Shown here: positions 1 to 9,102 of the stretch, in pieces | Position numbering within the stretch: the stretch's first letter is position 1 | Layout of the letters: every line of letters starts with the position of its first letter | Origin: an uncultured bacterium | Lineage (GTDB): Bacteria > Poribacteria > WGA-4E > WGA-3G | Direction: 5' to 3' | Length of the DNA: 64,000 nucleotides | NCBI GenBank assembly: GCA_964523645.1 | Contig: CAZGAW010000002.1 | Span: 30,253 to 94,252 of the forward strand | Position numbers and translations under genes: made by a program | The notes under the pieces: generated by a model | Seen by the model: the letters and a program-made list of their open reading frames with translations, nothing else | Database searches by the model: none | Told to the model about the DNA's origin: nothing

Positions 1-13
1 CTACCCGAATATT

Positions 14-38
14 ACTGACAACCGACAACTGACAACTA
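14..38. repeat. heptad-arm repeat, right arm only (ACTGACA ACCGACA ACTGACA ACTA); left arm would lie off-window
   Basis: Three 7-nt units with conserved CYGA core ending in CTA, identical in design to arms at 14200-14243 and 28591-28628. Confidence 0.7.
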
Positions 39-70
39 TTATAACACTTTTGAAAAATATTGCAAAGGTT

Positions 71-99
71 TTGCACCAATTCTTGAGGTATGGTATAAT
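71..99 (+). promoter_or_regulatory. sigma70-type promoter (TTGCAC-17 nt-TGG TATAAT)
   Basis: -35 TTGCAC at 71-76, 17-nt spacer, extended -10 TGgTATAAT at 91-99; would give a ~165-nt leader before ATG 273. Confidence 0.6.
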
Positions 100-240
100 T
101 ACGAAAGTTCCAAAGGTCCGAAGCGTCCTAAAGCTAGGCAAGTTTGCAAGTGTATCTAAAGTTTCAAAATACCTCTTTCAACTTCCCAACTTTACAGATT
201 TTAGAACACTTTACAACTTTCTAAACGTTATCTCACCAAT

Positions 241-272
241 TCACCTGAACGAACCGCAAGGTATCATAAAAA
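241..272 (+). promoter_or_regulatory. conserved leader motif TCACCTGAACGAACCGCAAGG-N12 directly before ATG
   Basis: Near-identical to 17677-17707; related copies at 16531-16569, 37098-23, 59691-724 and 33402-35(-). Confidence 0.7.
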
Positions 273-869
273 ATGGCACGGCAGCTCAGAATGGTACGCA
301 CTAATTTAGAAAATTTACCGGAATTAGAACTTCCGCCAGGCTACGGCATGCGAACCTATCGCGAAGGTGATGAGGCACACTGGGCACGTATTATCAGCGA
401 CTCATTCGGTGGTAGGGAACGCACCGCGCAAGACACGAGGAATGAGATTACCAGCAGAGATGTATTTCTGCCTGATGGATTCTACTTCGCAACACATCAG
501 GATATTCCTGTTGGAACTGCCTGTGCATGGCGGCAATCTGTAGATGAAAAGGATGTCGGATATGTACACATGGTAGGTGTTGTTGCTGAGCACACCGGAC
601 ACAAACTTGGCAAATGGGTGTCCCTCGCTGTTCTTACCTACTTCCGCGACAACGGATTCAAATGCTCAATGCTGGATACCGATGATTTCCGTGTTCCTGC
701 TGTCAAAACTTACCTGAATTTAGGATTTATACCCGTTTACGTTGAAGAGGGTCAATCAAAGCGGTGGCGGGATATTTTTGAGAAGTTGGGGCTACCCGCT
801 ATGTCCGAAGAAATTGCGAACGTTAGAAAAATACTCCCTAAAGAACTATGGGCGAAAGTCTCAAGTTAA
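273..869 (+). CDS. GNAT-family N-acetyltransferase (paralog 1)
   Basis: 198-aa ORF; C-terminal half VGYVHMVGVVAEHTGHKLGKWV...YLNLGFIPV looks like a GNAT acetyl-CoA-binding core; tandem paralog follows. Confidence 0.65.
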   Translation: MARQLRMVRTNLENLPELELPPGYGMRTYREGDEAHWARIISDSFGGRERTAQDTRNEITSRDVFLPDGFYFATHQDIPVGTACAWRQSVDEKDVGYVHMVGVVAEHTGHKLGKWVSLAVLTYFRDNGFKCSMLDTDDFRVPAVKTYLNLGFIPVYVEEGQSKRWRDIFEKLGLPAMSEEIANVRKILPKELWAKVSS

Positions 870-876
870 GAAACGA

Positions 877-1410
877 ATGGAAGATCAACTCAAAATGGCG
901 CGCCACAGTTTGGAAAATCTGCCGACACTCCAATGTCCTGACGGGTATCATATCCGAACCTATCGGCAAGGAGATGAAATATACTGGGCGCGAATAATGG
1001 ATAGAACCTTTGTAGACAACGGAAGAACTGCCGAAGACACCTACGCTAATGTTATTAACCAACCCAATTTTGATCCAGACGGCTTCTGTTTCGCTATCCA
1101 CAATGATGTCCCTATCGGCACGGCGTGTGCTTGGAATAAATGTCTTCGCGGCAAACCTATTGGTTATATTGACATGCTCGCTGTGCTTCCAGAGCACACA
1201 GGACATAAACTCGGCAAATGGTTAACAGTGTTCCTCCTCCACTATTTCAAAGCACAACGTGTGGTGTATGTCATGTTAGACACAGACGATTTTCGACTCC
1301 CCGCAATCAAAAATTATCTCAACCTCGGGTTTGTTCCCGTTTATGCGGGTGAAAGTCACCTGCGACGTTGGCGAAGTATCTTTGAAAAGTTAGGACTTTT
1401 CAAAAAATGA
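877..1410 (+). CDS. GNAT-family N-acetyltransferase (paralog 2)
   Basis: MEDQLKMARHSLENLP aligns with MARQLRMVRTNLENLP of the upstream gene; same EHTGHKLGKW and YLNLGF motifs; start trimmed from ORF-track 742 (overlaps upstream gene) to ATG 877. Confidence 0.65.
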   Translation: MEDQLKMARHSLENLPTLQCPDGYHIRTYRQGDEIYWARIMDRTFVDNGRTAEDTYANVINQPNFDPDGFCFAIHNDVPIGTACAWNKCLRGKPIGYIDMLAVLPEHTGHKLGKWLTVFLLHYFKAQRVVYVMLDTDDFRLPAIKNYLNLGFVPVYAGESHLRRWRSIFEKLGLFKK

Positions 1411-3128
1411 GAGTGCTTCTCGCCGTGAGAAACTGTTTTCGTTTATCGAATAACTTCGTTATATCCGCAATTCTCATCGGCGGCTTCAGTTTCCGACTCA
1501 TCGGCATAACCGTTGGCTTGCCTGATGCTCCCGACCCACGTGAAGTGCTAATCGCACAAGATGTGCTAAATCTCATCCACTTCACAGCACCCCCTGAAAT
1601 CTACAATTGGCCCGGAACAGCATGGTTTTACGTCATTGCTGCGGTGGGCAAATTGCTATCCCTCGTAGGTCTGCCTCTCACGGAAACTCGCGTAATTTTA
1701 TTGGCACGCTGTATCAATACGCTGTTGTCTACAGCGACCCTCTGGTTCACCTATCGCATCGGGGTTCACGGCTACAATAGGCGTGTCGGTCAACTCGCAG
1801 CCGGATTGCTCGCTGTTGCGATGCTACATGCCACCAACGAATCACGTTTTGCACTTGTGGACATTCCCGCAACCTTCTGTGTGACACTGTTTCTTTGGCT
1901 TGTGGCGCGTACGCGTTCTTCTTCAGTTTCTCCTACCTTCCAAACTGCGATATGGCTCGGTGTCATTGCGGGAATCGGTTTCGCCGTCAAATTTACAACC
2001 GTCTTTGCCGGTTTTTCTGTGTTGGTTTTCATTAGAAGTGAGGGTTTTTATAAAAAATTAGCAACAATTATAGGTATTTCTGCATTAACCTTTTCGTTCC
2101 TCTGTCCTTATTGGTTCATTGATCTGGTTTCACCCGAATGGAATCTCTTCTTTGAGGATTTCTGGTATGAAGCAACCCATTATCACCGCGGGCATTTCGG
2201 TCTCATCACTACGGCAGAATCTGGATTATTCCATCGGTTTATCTATTTGTGGACGCTCCTTAAGTGGGGGATGGGCTTGCCACTCGCACTCCTTGTTAGC
2301 TTGGGGGTCTTGTGTGCGCTCGCATCGCTTAAAGCGGTCAGCCGTCAGCAAAAAGGGTTCGTTAAACGGAAACCTCTTGACCGAAAGCCGATAGTTTCCG
2401 ATAATCAACAATTAGAAATACTCCTGCTCGCTTTTGTTGTGCCCTATCTACTCTTTATCGGGGTACACAAGGTTAAGTTTGTGCGTCATCTATTGATACT
2501 CTATCCAGCATTCACGCTGCTTGCCGCTGCCGCACTCACACGTATGCCAAACATTGTGGAGGCACTTCTACAGTCAAGACATTTCACTAAAAAGGTGCCA
2601 CCGAGAGGACTGAGTACATTTCCGGAATGGTTTGGTATAATTTTGGGGAGTGTTGTAGTGCTTTACTCGTTAGTTTACACGCTTGCCTTTGCTTCTATCC
2701 TATTCTCGCAGCCGACGAAGATTGCAGCATCCGATTGGGTAACCGCGCACATTCCTCAGGAAGAATCTATTGCTGTTGCGCCAGAGATCCTATTCAACTG
2801 GCTTCTCCCTGAATTAGACTTCGTAGGAACAGATGAAAAGGTGAAATGGGTGCTTATCCTTGTGCCGGACTATGAAGTGTTCAGAAAATACCAAGAATCT
2901 CCGCAACGGTATCAAGATGAGGATTGGTACCCTCTCAGCGAGATTGAGTTCGAGGAAACGCTCACATTTTACACGCGAGTTTTAAGGGAAGGAAGTCCGT
3001 ATGAATTGCAAAAGACCTTCCGCCGCATACCGAAGTTCTTAGGTATCCAGATCTCCGATGACGGCGCGCCGTTTCCGATGCGAGCCCTTGCACATCCGGA
3101 ACTCCGCATCTACCGGTACCTCAATTGA
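1407..3128 (+). CDS. polytopic membrane protein, GT-C/GT39 (ArnT/PMT)-like glycosyltransferase candidate
   Basis: 573 aa, many hydrophobic helices, ATGA start/stop overlap with the upstream GNAT gene; family assignment by overall layout only. Confidence 0.45.
   Translation: MRVLLAVRNCFRLSNNFVISAILIGGFSFRLIGITVGLPDAPDPREVLIAQDVLNLIHFTAPPEIYNWPGTAWFYVIAAVGKLLSLVGLPLTETRVILLARCINTLLSTATLWFTYRIGVHGYNRRVGQLAAGLLAVAMLHATNESRFALVDIPATFCVTLFLWLVARTRSSSVSPTFQTAIWLGVIAGIGFAVKFTTVFAGFSVLVFIRSEGFYKKLATIIGISALTFSFLCPYWFIDLVSPEWNLFFEDFWYEATHYHRGHFGLITTAESGLFHRFIYLWTLLKWGMGLPLALLVSLGVLCALASLKAVSRQQKGFVKRKPLDRKPIVSDNQQLEILLLAFVVPYLLFIGVHKVKFVRHLLILYPAFTLLAAAALTRMPNIVEALLQSRHFTKKVPPRGLSTFPEWFGIILGSVVVLYSLVYTLAFASILFSQPTKIAASDWVTAHIPQEESIAVAPEILFNWLLPELDFVGTDEKVKWVLILVPDYEVFRKYQESPQRYQDEDWYPLSEIEFEETLTFYTRVLREGSPYELQKTFRRIPKFLGIQISDDGAPFPMRALAHPELRIYRYLN
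2334..2414. repeat. heptad-armed palindromic element inside CDS, in frame (81 bp)
   Basis: GCGGTCAGCCGTCAGCAAAAAGGG-loop-GAAACCTCTT-GACCGAAAGCCGATAG...; encodes KAVSRQQKGFVKRKPLDRKPIVSDNQQ in a loop of the membrane protein. Confidence 0.65.
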
Positions 3129-3172
3129 GGAATGCAGTAAAGTGTACAAGATATAGGATATCGCGTAGCTAT

Positions 3173-3823
3173 TTACATCAGTGGAGACTTGAAGTGATTC
3201 TTCTGAATAGGCACAATCGTTGAGAGGATTTGATGAAGCACTGCCGCTGGAATCGCATCAGCATCAATGATCCGGATTAAGTCTTGCGGATAGTAATCAA
3301 TCAGCGGCTCGGTTTCCCGTTTGTAAACGTCCCACCGGTAGCGAACGACCACTTCTTCGGCATCGTCGATTCGGTGTTCTTTGAGTGACCGTCCCCGGAT
3401 ACGTTTAAACATAACTTCTCGGTCTTCACAGACCATGTAGATGACCTTAAAAAGCTTTATATAAGGTGCTATCAAGCCTGCTTGTGTAATGTTCCGTGGA
3501 ATACCATCGAGGATGAGCAGATCGCTTTCTGGCGCGTAAACTCCGTCACGAACTTTTGCCGCCATGTAGTCTTGCCAGATATTGACGGTAATATGGTCTG
3601 GGACTAACTTACCGATGCTTGCGTATTCTTGGAAAATCTGTCCGCATTTGGAATTGATGTCAAGTTCGCGGAACATATCCCCACTGGAGACATGGAAAAT
3701 GCCGGGGATTTGGGCAAGCATTTTCCCTTGTGTTCCCTTACCTACACCAGGGGGACCAACAAGCATCACTGCCTGATAACACGCTCCATCCGCCTCGTAT
3801 AGAGGGCTCTTATCCGTTGTCAT
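3173..3823 (-). CDS. adk: adenylate kinase family protein
   Basis: P-loop GPPGVGKGTQ, SSGDMFRE and LILDGIPRNITQA match classic Adk signatures. Confidence 0.7.
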   Translation of the reverse strand: MTTDKSPLYEADGACYQAVMLVGPPGVGKGTQGKMLAQIPGIFHVSSGDMFRELDINSKCGQIFQEYASIGKLVPDHITVNIWQDYMAAKVRDGVYAPESDLLILDGIPRNITQAGLIAPYIKLFKVIYMVCEDREVMFKRIRGRSLKEHRIDDAEEVVVRYRWDVYKRETEPLIDYYPQDLIRIIDADAIPAAVLHQILSTIVPIQKNHFKSPLM

Positions 3824-3910
3824 GTCTATTTTTGTCCTCTGCCGCCTTTATACCTCTTCGTTGAGATGGCGTATCTTGCAAAAAAGTTTTAAATACTCCT
3901 ATAATAAGCC

Positions 3911-4963
3911 TTACGTGCCAAGAAGGTGTTCAAGAATGTAGAAATCCAAACCTTCATAGTCACGGGCTGCGATAAATTCCTGTTCGACTTTTTTATCAAA
4001 CGTTCGGACCTTCTCAAGTAGGTTAAGAAAGGTTCTGCGACTGCTCAATAAGTGCTTTGTTGAGATGTCGCGTGGTTGGGTTCGCATTACTTTCACATCT
4101 AATCCAATGAATTCGCCGTTTCGACCGTATCCGTTTTCTTCGAGTACCCGCACCTGATTAAACGCACGCCGCAAATTAACGGAACCGAACGCTTTGTCTT
4201 GGTCGAATTTTAACCCATTCTGATCGTTAAGATGTACACTCCAAAGTTTCTTATGGTAAAGGGCATATCCCATTTCGTCGGAGGGTTCTAAACCTGCAAG
4301 AATCGCATGCGCACTTTCGATCAAACCACCGACACGTTCGGGAACATCGCTGGCATAAGCTAATCCGATAGCGTGCCCGATGGTAGGAATATAAGCAATG
4401 TCCATCGGCTCATTCGGTTTCGGTTCTATTAAGATTCGGATTTCCGGATCGTATTCGAGCAGTGCGTTAATTGCTTCCAAAATCTGACCGACTGCACCCG
4501 CTGCGTCTTTCGTTTCCCGAATGTAGGTGCCTTCACGAGCAAGCCATAACACGAGGTTTTTACACCCGATCTCATTGGCAATATCTACACACCGTTTTGA
4601 ACGTTCTACGGCATACTGTCTCTCTTTTGGAGAATTAGAAGTGTAAGCCCCATCAATCGTCTGTGGAGATTCCCACAATCGCGGTGCCACGACTTCCGCA
4701 GTCAAACCGTGGTCGTCGAGTTGTTTTTTGACAGTTTTTGTCCGATCTATGAGTTGGGCATGTGTTTTCTCGTCAATATCCGGCACAATATCATCGTCAT
4801 GAAATTGAATTCCAACGAAACCGAGATCACGATAAATTCCAACTTTTTCATCAAAACTGAACGCTTCCCGAACAGGGGGACCAAAAGGGTCTGTTCCTTC
4901 GTGTATGTTCCATGGCCCGAAAGAGAAACAATATTCTGTTGTTCCTTTAAAGGGTTCGCTCAT
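3911..4963 (-). CDS. xylose isomerase-like (class I XylA-type) TIM-barrel sugar isomerase
   Basis: FSFGPWN..GTDPFG, QFHDDD and EPKPNEP motifs as in actinobacterial-type xylose isomerases; 350 aa is shorter than typical XylA. Confidence 0.6.
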   Translation of the reverse strand: MSEPFKGTTEYCFSFGPWNIHEGTDPFGPPVREAFSFDEKVGIYRDLGFVGIQFHDDDIVPDIDEKTHAQLIDRTKTVKKQLDDHGLTAEVVAPRLWESPQTIDGAYTSNSPKERQYAVERSKRCVDIANEIGCKNLVLWLAREGTYIRETKDAAGAVGQILEAINALLEYDPEIRILIEPKPNEPMDIAYIPTIGHAIGLAYASDVPERVGGLIESAHAILAGLEPSDEMGYALYHKKLWSVHLNDQNGLKFDQDKAFGSVNLRRAFNQVRVLEENGYGRNGEFIGLDVKVMRTQPRDISTKHLLSSRRTFLNLLEKVRTFDKKVEQEFIAARDYEGLDFYILEHLLGT

Positions 4964-5188
4964 CTTCTTCTCCTGTACGCAACGTTTTTTCTTTCACTTT
5001 GTTACAAAAATTATCTTTGATCGCTTTGTTTTGAAAACGCTACGATAATGATAAAGGATACGAAAAACTGCTTGACTTTTCTAATAAGTATAAAGTATTA
5101 TTTAAAATGTGTCAAGCAATTCTGTAATCACGGTTTTCAAACCGATATTTCTATGTCATATATCCATTAAATAAGGAACCTTCCCGGA

Positions 5189-8100
5189 ATGTTACCCGTA
5201 TCACGCGCAATTTTTCCTTATTCATATTTATGTTATTTTTTTCTCCTCACGCTGAACCTGCCTGTCCAGCCTATAAACGCAGCCGATCACGAAGGCGTAG
5301 CAAATCCGCCGCTTCCAACGGCTAACGACTCAGGCAGCGAAACGCAAACATTAATATTCGGGACAACCTCAACAGAAACCTTCAGTTTTGAAGATGTTTA
5401 TCGCATAGAACTCAGTTTAAATGTATCGGGAAATATTGAAATCATTGCTACAGAGGATAATGCCATCGCCGTCACGCTTGAAAAACAGGCACAGGCTACA
5501 AACACAGAACAAGATGACCTGGTTCGCGATTATCTTGATAACATTACCTTGAGAGGAACGCGAAGTGATAACACACTCCAGTTAACGATACGACTGCCGG
5601 GAAATTCTCCTCAAACCGAACCAAACCCACTTTCTAATATAGGCGAATCACAAGCGATACGCTCTGATGGACTTCAACTGAAATGTACAATTAAAACCCC
5701 AGCGGATGTCGCTGTTAAACTCCAGGCAAAAGTTGGAGATATACACCTTCAGCGTATCCGAGGGAAGATAGAAGCTTCGACAGGGACAGGAAACGTCCAT
5801 TTAAGTGAAACCTTAGGCAACTATAACATCAGTGTAACCCAGGGCAACATTGACGGGAAAATTTTGCTGACCCACGGACAAAACAAGTTGGAAACCCAAA
5901 ATGGCGCAATTGGATTGGTAATACTTGACCGTGTTGCAGCACCCATGGATATAACCGCTCAAGGGGGCAGCATCCGTTTACGACTTCCTGAGAATTATGC
6001 TGCGGATGTTGAATTTGAGAGTGAGAAACAGCAAATCGTTATTAATTTGCCCGTACAACTGGACGAGGAAACCGGATTAACCCTTATTAACGACGGGGGT
6101 CCACTGTTCCGGTTGAAAGCCACCGACGCGATTTCTCTACTACCGAGTTCACCAGGCGGCGAAAACACACCCATAGATGCTGAAGCGGATCCATTCATAG
6201 ATGCCGTTCAACCTGTCCCACAAATAGCAGCCCACCCCACTATTGATGGCGATTTATCTGAAATCGCTTGGCAATCAGCCGCGCGACTCTCCCCGTTCCA
6301 AAATCCAGATGGTACTGATGTGCCAAACAATCCAACTGAAACTTTTTTAATGTGGGATGCCGAGAATTTTTATGTCGGTGTAAAAGCCTATCTGTCTGAT
6401 TCATATCTTCCGTATATCTCACAAACGCAGCAGGATTCACCAATTTGGGAGGACGAATGTATCGAAATCCTAATTGATTCTAATCCGGAAACTGATACCT
6501 ATTATCATCTTGTCATCAATCCAATTAACGCGTATTTTGACCAGCAGGTGAATACATCTGGCGAGCCCAATTTTCGGTTTGCACCTCATGATGTCCAACG
6601 GACTTTAAGCCAGAAAACAATGCAAACGGCGTTCAAAGCGGATAGCGCGTGGAACTCAGAGGCGAAAGTTGCCAGCCAAATTAACAGCACTTTTTGGAGT
6701 CTTGAAGTTTCACTTCCGCGTAAAATGTTAGAATCCGTTTCAAAAGTGGATTCGCAGCCGACATCCCCTTTTGAAAACAAGTGGCTTTTTAATATCCACC
6801 GTAAGATGCACAGTAGCAATATGAAGAGCCTTATACCTGCTACGTCCAGAGAATATAGTTACTGGCTGCCAATTTACGATAACGAGCATCCGTGGTGGCC
6901 GCATTCGCCACAAGAGTATACGGGACCGCTTTCAAAACGCAATGGACCCGCAATGGGTGTCTTAGAATTCATAGCGACCCCGCCTACCGCTGAAGATTTT
7001 GCATCCGAAACAAAATTTCAGGTTGCTGCTATTGAAATTAAAGGGAACACCACGATTCCAACAGAGGTCATCCAACAGTCACTTCCCATCCAACCTGGGG
7101 ATATTATCACAAGTCCGCAGCTTTCTTGGTTGATCGCGGAATTGGGGGAACAGGACCGGTTCCAAGACGTGCGTTTGGAAACTAAGCAGGTCAGTATTGA
7201 CAGTGAAGAAACCATTAACAGTCAGCAATCAGAAATCAGTAACCAGCAGGCAGGTGTGAATGCATCGGAAACCTCTGTACCGATGGCTGAAAACCGACAA
7301 TTGAAAGCCATTCCAAGTGTCAGTTTGCATATCCGAGTTACAGAAACCCTTGTGCTTTTTGTCGAGCAAATCGAGATCAAAGGAAATAGGAGTTTCCCTG
7401 CGCAATTCATTAAAGAGTGGTTTCAGTTAGAATCCGGCTATCTCGCTGTTGCAGTTGTTATACTAAAACAACAATTAATTGCTGATTTTTATTCAAATCG
7501 CGGATATGAATTCGCCACGGTTACGTATCAATCTACCGACAATGTACTTGAATTTAACGTCAACGAGGGAACATTGCACGAAATTCGTTTCACTGGTAAC
7601 ACGCAAATCTCGCGGGCGGAACTGTTGTCAGCACTTGACTTAAAGACTGAAGATAACGATGAAAAACAAGGTTCACAAACTTCGGATATCTACCATCATG
7701 CGCTTGGTCAATCGAAAATAAACCGTATGCGCAAAGAGCTCAGCGAAAACAGCGAACATTTCAGATCAATACGGGATTGGCGTGTTCAGCGCGAAGGTGG
7801 AAAAAACATCATGATTGTTGAAATTGAAGAACGTCCATTAGTGAGACCGGGGGGGTTCCCAATTCTTCAATTCAATCGTGTTCACGGGTTAATGCTTGGC
7901 GCGGGGGGAAGACTCTCGACGCATCTCACGGGTAAGGAACAGGTTTTCGGTTCAATAAGCCGTGGATTTTCGAGCAAAATATGGAACTATCACGCCGGTA
8001 TAGAAAAAGGGGTCCTTAAACGGCAGCCCCTCAGGTTCGGAGGTAGTTTCTATAAACTCACCGATATTAGCTCCAGCGTCTATTTGGGGCCTACTGAGGT

Positions 8101-8968
8101 TAATCTGAGTGCTGCTTATTACGGTTTCGCACTTCAGGATTATTACGAGCGTCAGGGCTCGCGCGGATGGATAACGTATGCACCATCAGAATCGACCTAT
8201 CTTAAAATGGAATTCACAGGCGAGAGACACGGTAACCTTTCCAAATCGACGGATTGGAGTTACTTAAACCGAAATCGACTCAAGCGCGGGAATTCGCGGA
8301 TTAACCGTGGACACTTGAGAAGCCTTTCTCTCGTTTATGCCTTTGATACACGAGACCACAAATCCGCTATCACACGGCATTTTCATACCTTGTTTCGTGC
8401 AAATGAACGGACCCGACGCGGGTGGCGCGGTCAATTTGTAATTGAGATGGCAGGACAGGACTTTGGCGGGGACTACACCTTTAGTCGTTTTGGATTTGAA
8501 TTGGCACGCTACACACCTTTGTCGAATCTACATCACTTAAACGTTCGGATTGGCGGCGATTTTTCTGATGCACCCCTACCCAGACAACGCCTCCTGCATC
8601 TTGGCGGTGCTAATAACCTGCGTGGTTACAATTTTAACGCCTTCGCTGGGGATAACAGGCTTCTGATTAACCTTGAGTATCGACTCATCAAAGAGATAAT
8701 TCCGAGCGATCAAGATGCTGTAATCGGGTGGACGCTCAGTTGTTTCTTGGATGCGGGTAATGTGTGGTGGCATGATGATATAACTTCTGATCTTGAGAAC
8801 TTTATAACGCAGATCAAAACGTCAATCGGGGTCGGAGGCTCTGTTTTTGTAGACCCATTCGGGAACTCTGCCCCCTGGAGCCTTGGGGTTGAAGTGGCAG
8901 AACCCCTTAACGCATCTTTTTCCTTACGAAATCCGAGCATCATTCTGCGCTTGGATCGTATGTTTTAA
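5189..8968 (+). CDS. large outer-membrane fusion protein: signal peptide, DUF4097/toastrack-like, CBM9-like, POTRA repeats, Omp85 (D15) beta-barrel
   Basis: 1259 aa. GDIHLQRIRGKIEASTGTGNVHL-type beta-solenoid repeats; IDGDLSEIAWQSA...WDAENFYVGV (CBM9-like); IEIKGNTTIP and IEIKGNRSFP (POTRA); aromatic-rich C-terminal barrel ending in F. Confidence 0.6.
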   Translation: MLPVSRAIFPYSYLCYFFLLTLNLPVQPINAADHEGVANPPLPTANDSGSETQTLIFGTTSTETFSFEDVYRIELSLNVSGNIEIIATEDNAIAVTLEKQAQATNTEQDDLVRDYLDNITLRGTRSDNTLQLTIRLPGNSPQTEPNPLSNIGESQAIRSDGLQLKCTIKTPADVAVKLQAKVGDIHLQRIRGKIEASTGTGNVHLSETLGNYNISVTQGNIDGKILLTHGQNKLETQNGAIGLVILDRVAAPMDITAQGGSIRLRLPENYAADVEFESEKQQIVINLPVQLDEETGLTLINDGGPLFRLKATDAISLLPSSPGGENTPIDAEADPFIDAVQPVPQIAAHPTIDGDLSEIAWQSAARLSPFQNPDGTDVPNNPTETFLMWDAENFYVGVKAYLSDSYLPYISQTQQDSPIWEDECIEILIDSNPETDTYYHLVINPINAYFDQQVNTSGEPNFRFAPHDVQRTLSQKTMQTAFKADSAWNSEAKVASQINSTFWSLEVSLPRKMLESVSKVDSQPTSPFENKWLFNIHRKMHSSNMKSLIPATSREYSYWLPIYDNEHPWWPHSPQEYTGPLSKRNGPAMGVLEFIATPPTAEDFASETKFQVAAIEIKGNTTIPTEVIQQSLPIQPGDIITSPQLSWLIAELGEQDRFQDVRLETKQVSIDSEETINSQQSEISNQQAGVNASETSVPMAENRQLKAIPSVSLHIRVTETLVLFVEQIEIKGNRSFPAQFIKEWFQLESGYLAVAVVILKQQLIADFYSNRGYEFATVTYQSTDNVLEFNVNEGTLHEIRFTGNTQISRAELLSALDLKTEDNDEKQGSQTSDIYHHALGQSKINRMRKELSENSEHFRSIRDWRVQREGGKNIMIVEIEERPLVRPGGFPILQFNRVHGLMLGAGGRLSTHLTGKEQVFGSISRGFSSKIWNYHAGIEKGVLKRQPLRFGGSFYKLTDISSSVYLGPTEVNLSAAYYGFALQDYYERQGSRGWITYAPSESTYLKMEFTGERHGNLSKSTDWSYLNRNRLKRGNSRINRGHLRSLSLVYAFDTRDHKSAITRHFHTLFRANERTRRGWRGQFVIEMAGQDFGGDYTFSRFGFELARYTPLSNLHHLNVRIGGDFSDAPLPRQRLLHLGGANNLRGYNFNAFAGDNRLLINLEYRLIKEIIPSDQDAVIGWTLSCFLDAGNVWWHDDITSDLENFITQIKTSIGVGGSVFVDPFGNSAPWSLGVEVAEPLNASFSLRNPSIILRLDRMF
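7219..7310. repeat. heptad-armed palindromic element inside CDS, in frame
   Basis: CAGTCAG CAATCAG AAATCAG TAACCAG CAGGCAGGTGTG-loop-GAAACCTCTG-...GCTGAAA ACCGACA ATTGAAA GCCA; almost the same inner core as the intergenic copy at 20740-20780; encodes NSQQSEISNQQAGVNASETSVPMAENRQLKA in an inter-POTRA linker. Confidence 0.65.
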
Positions 8969-8970
8969 GG

Positions 8971-9095
8971 GCTGTCAGCAACCTGGGCGTTCGCTTCACT
9001 CACTTTCGGCGGTCAGTCGGGTGTAGCGATTACGTCTCGCGGACATACCATGAAAATCTCTTTGCTGAAAGCCGACAACTGACTGCTGATGGCTA
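8971..9095. repeat. heptad-armed palindromic element (intergenic)
   Basis: Left GCTGTCAGCAACC / CGGTCAGTCGGGTG, right GCTGAAA GCCGACA ACTGACT GCTGATG GCTA; ends 7 nt before ATG 9103. Confidence 0.7.
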
Positions 9096-9102
9096 TTAAA
9101 AT

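Noticed and set aside
50-304. 84-aa ORF upstream of the first GNAT gene
   Set aside because: It runs through the promoter and the conserved leader (its ...HLNEPQGIIKNG is simply the translated leader motif, which is also 'translated' in spurious or extended ORFs elsewhere). It has no SD and overlaps the real start at 273.
742-876. Longer starts given by the ORF track (742 for GNAT-2, 62532 for purN, 57787 for FGE, 58749 for TPR, 51056 and 51485, 57403 for vapC)
   Set aside because: The extensions overlap upstream genes or non-homologous sequence. The internal starts restore alignment with paralogs or family N-termini and/or have SDs or stop-start coupling.
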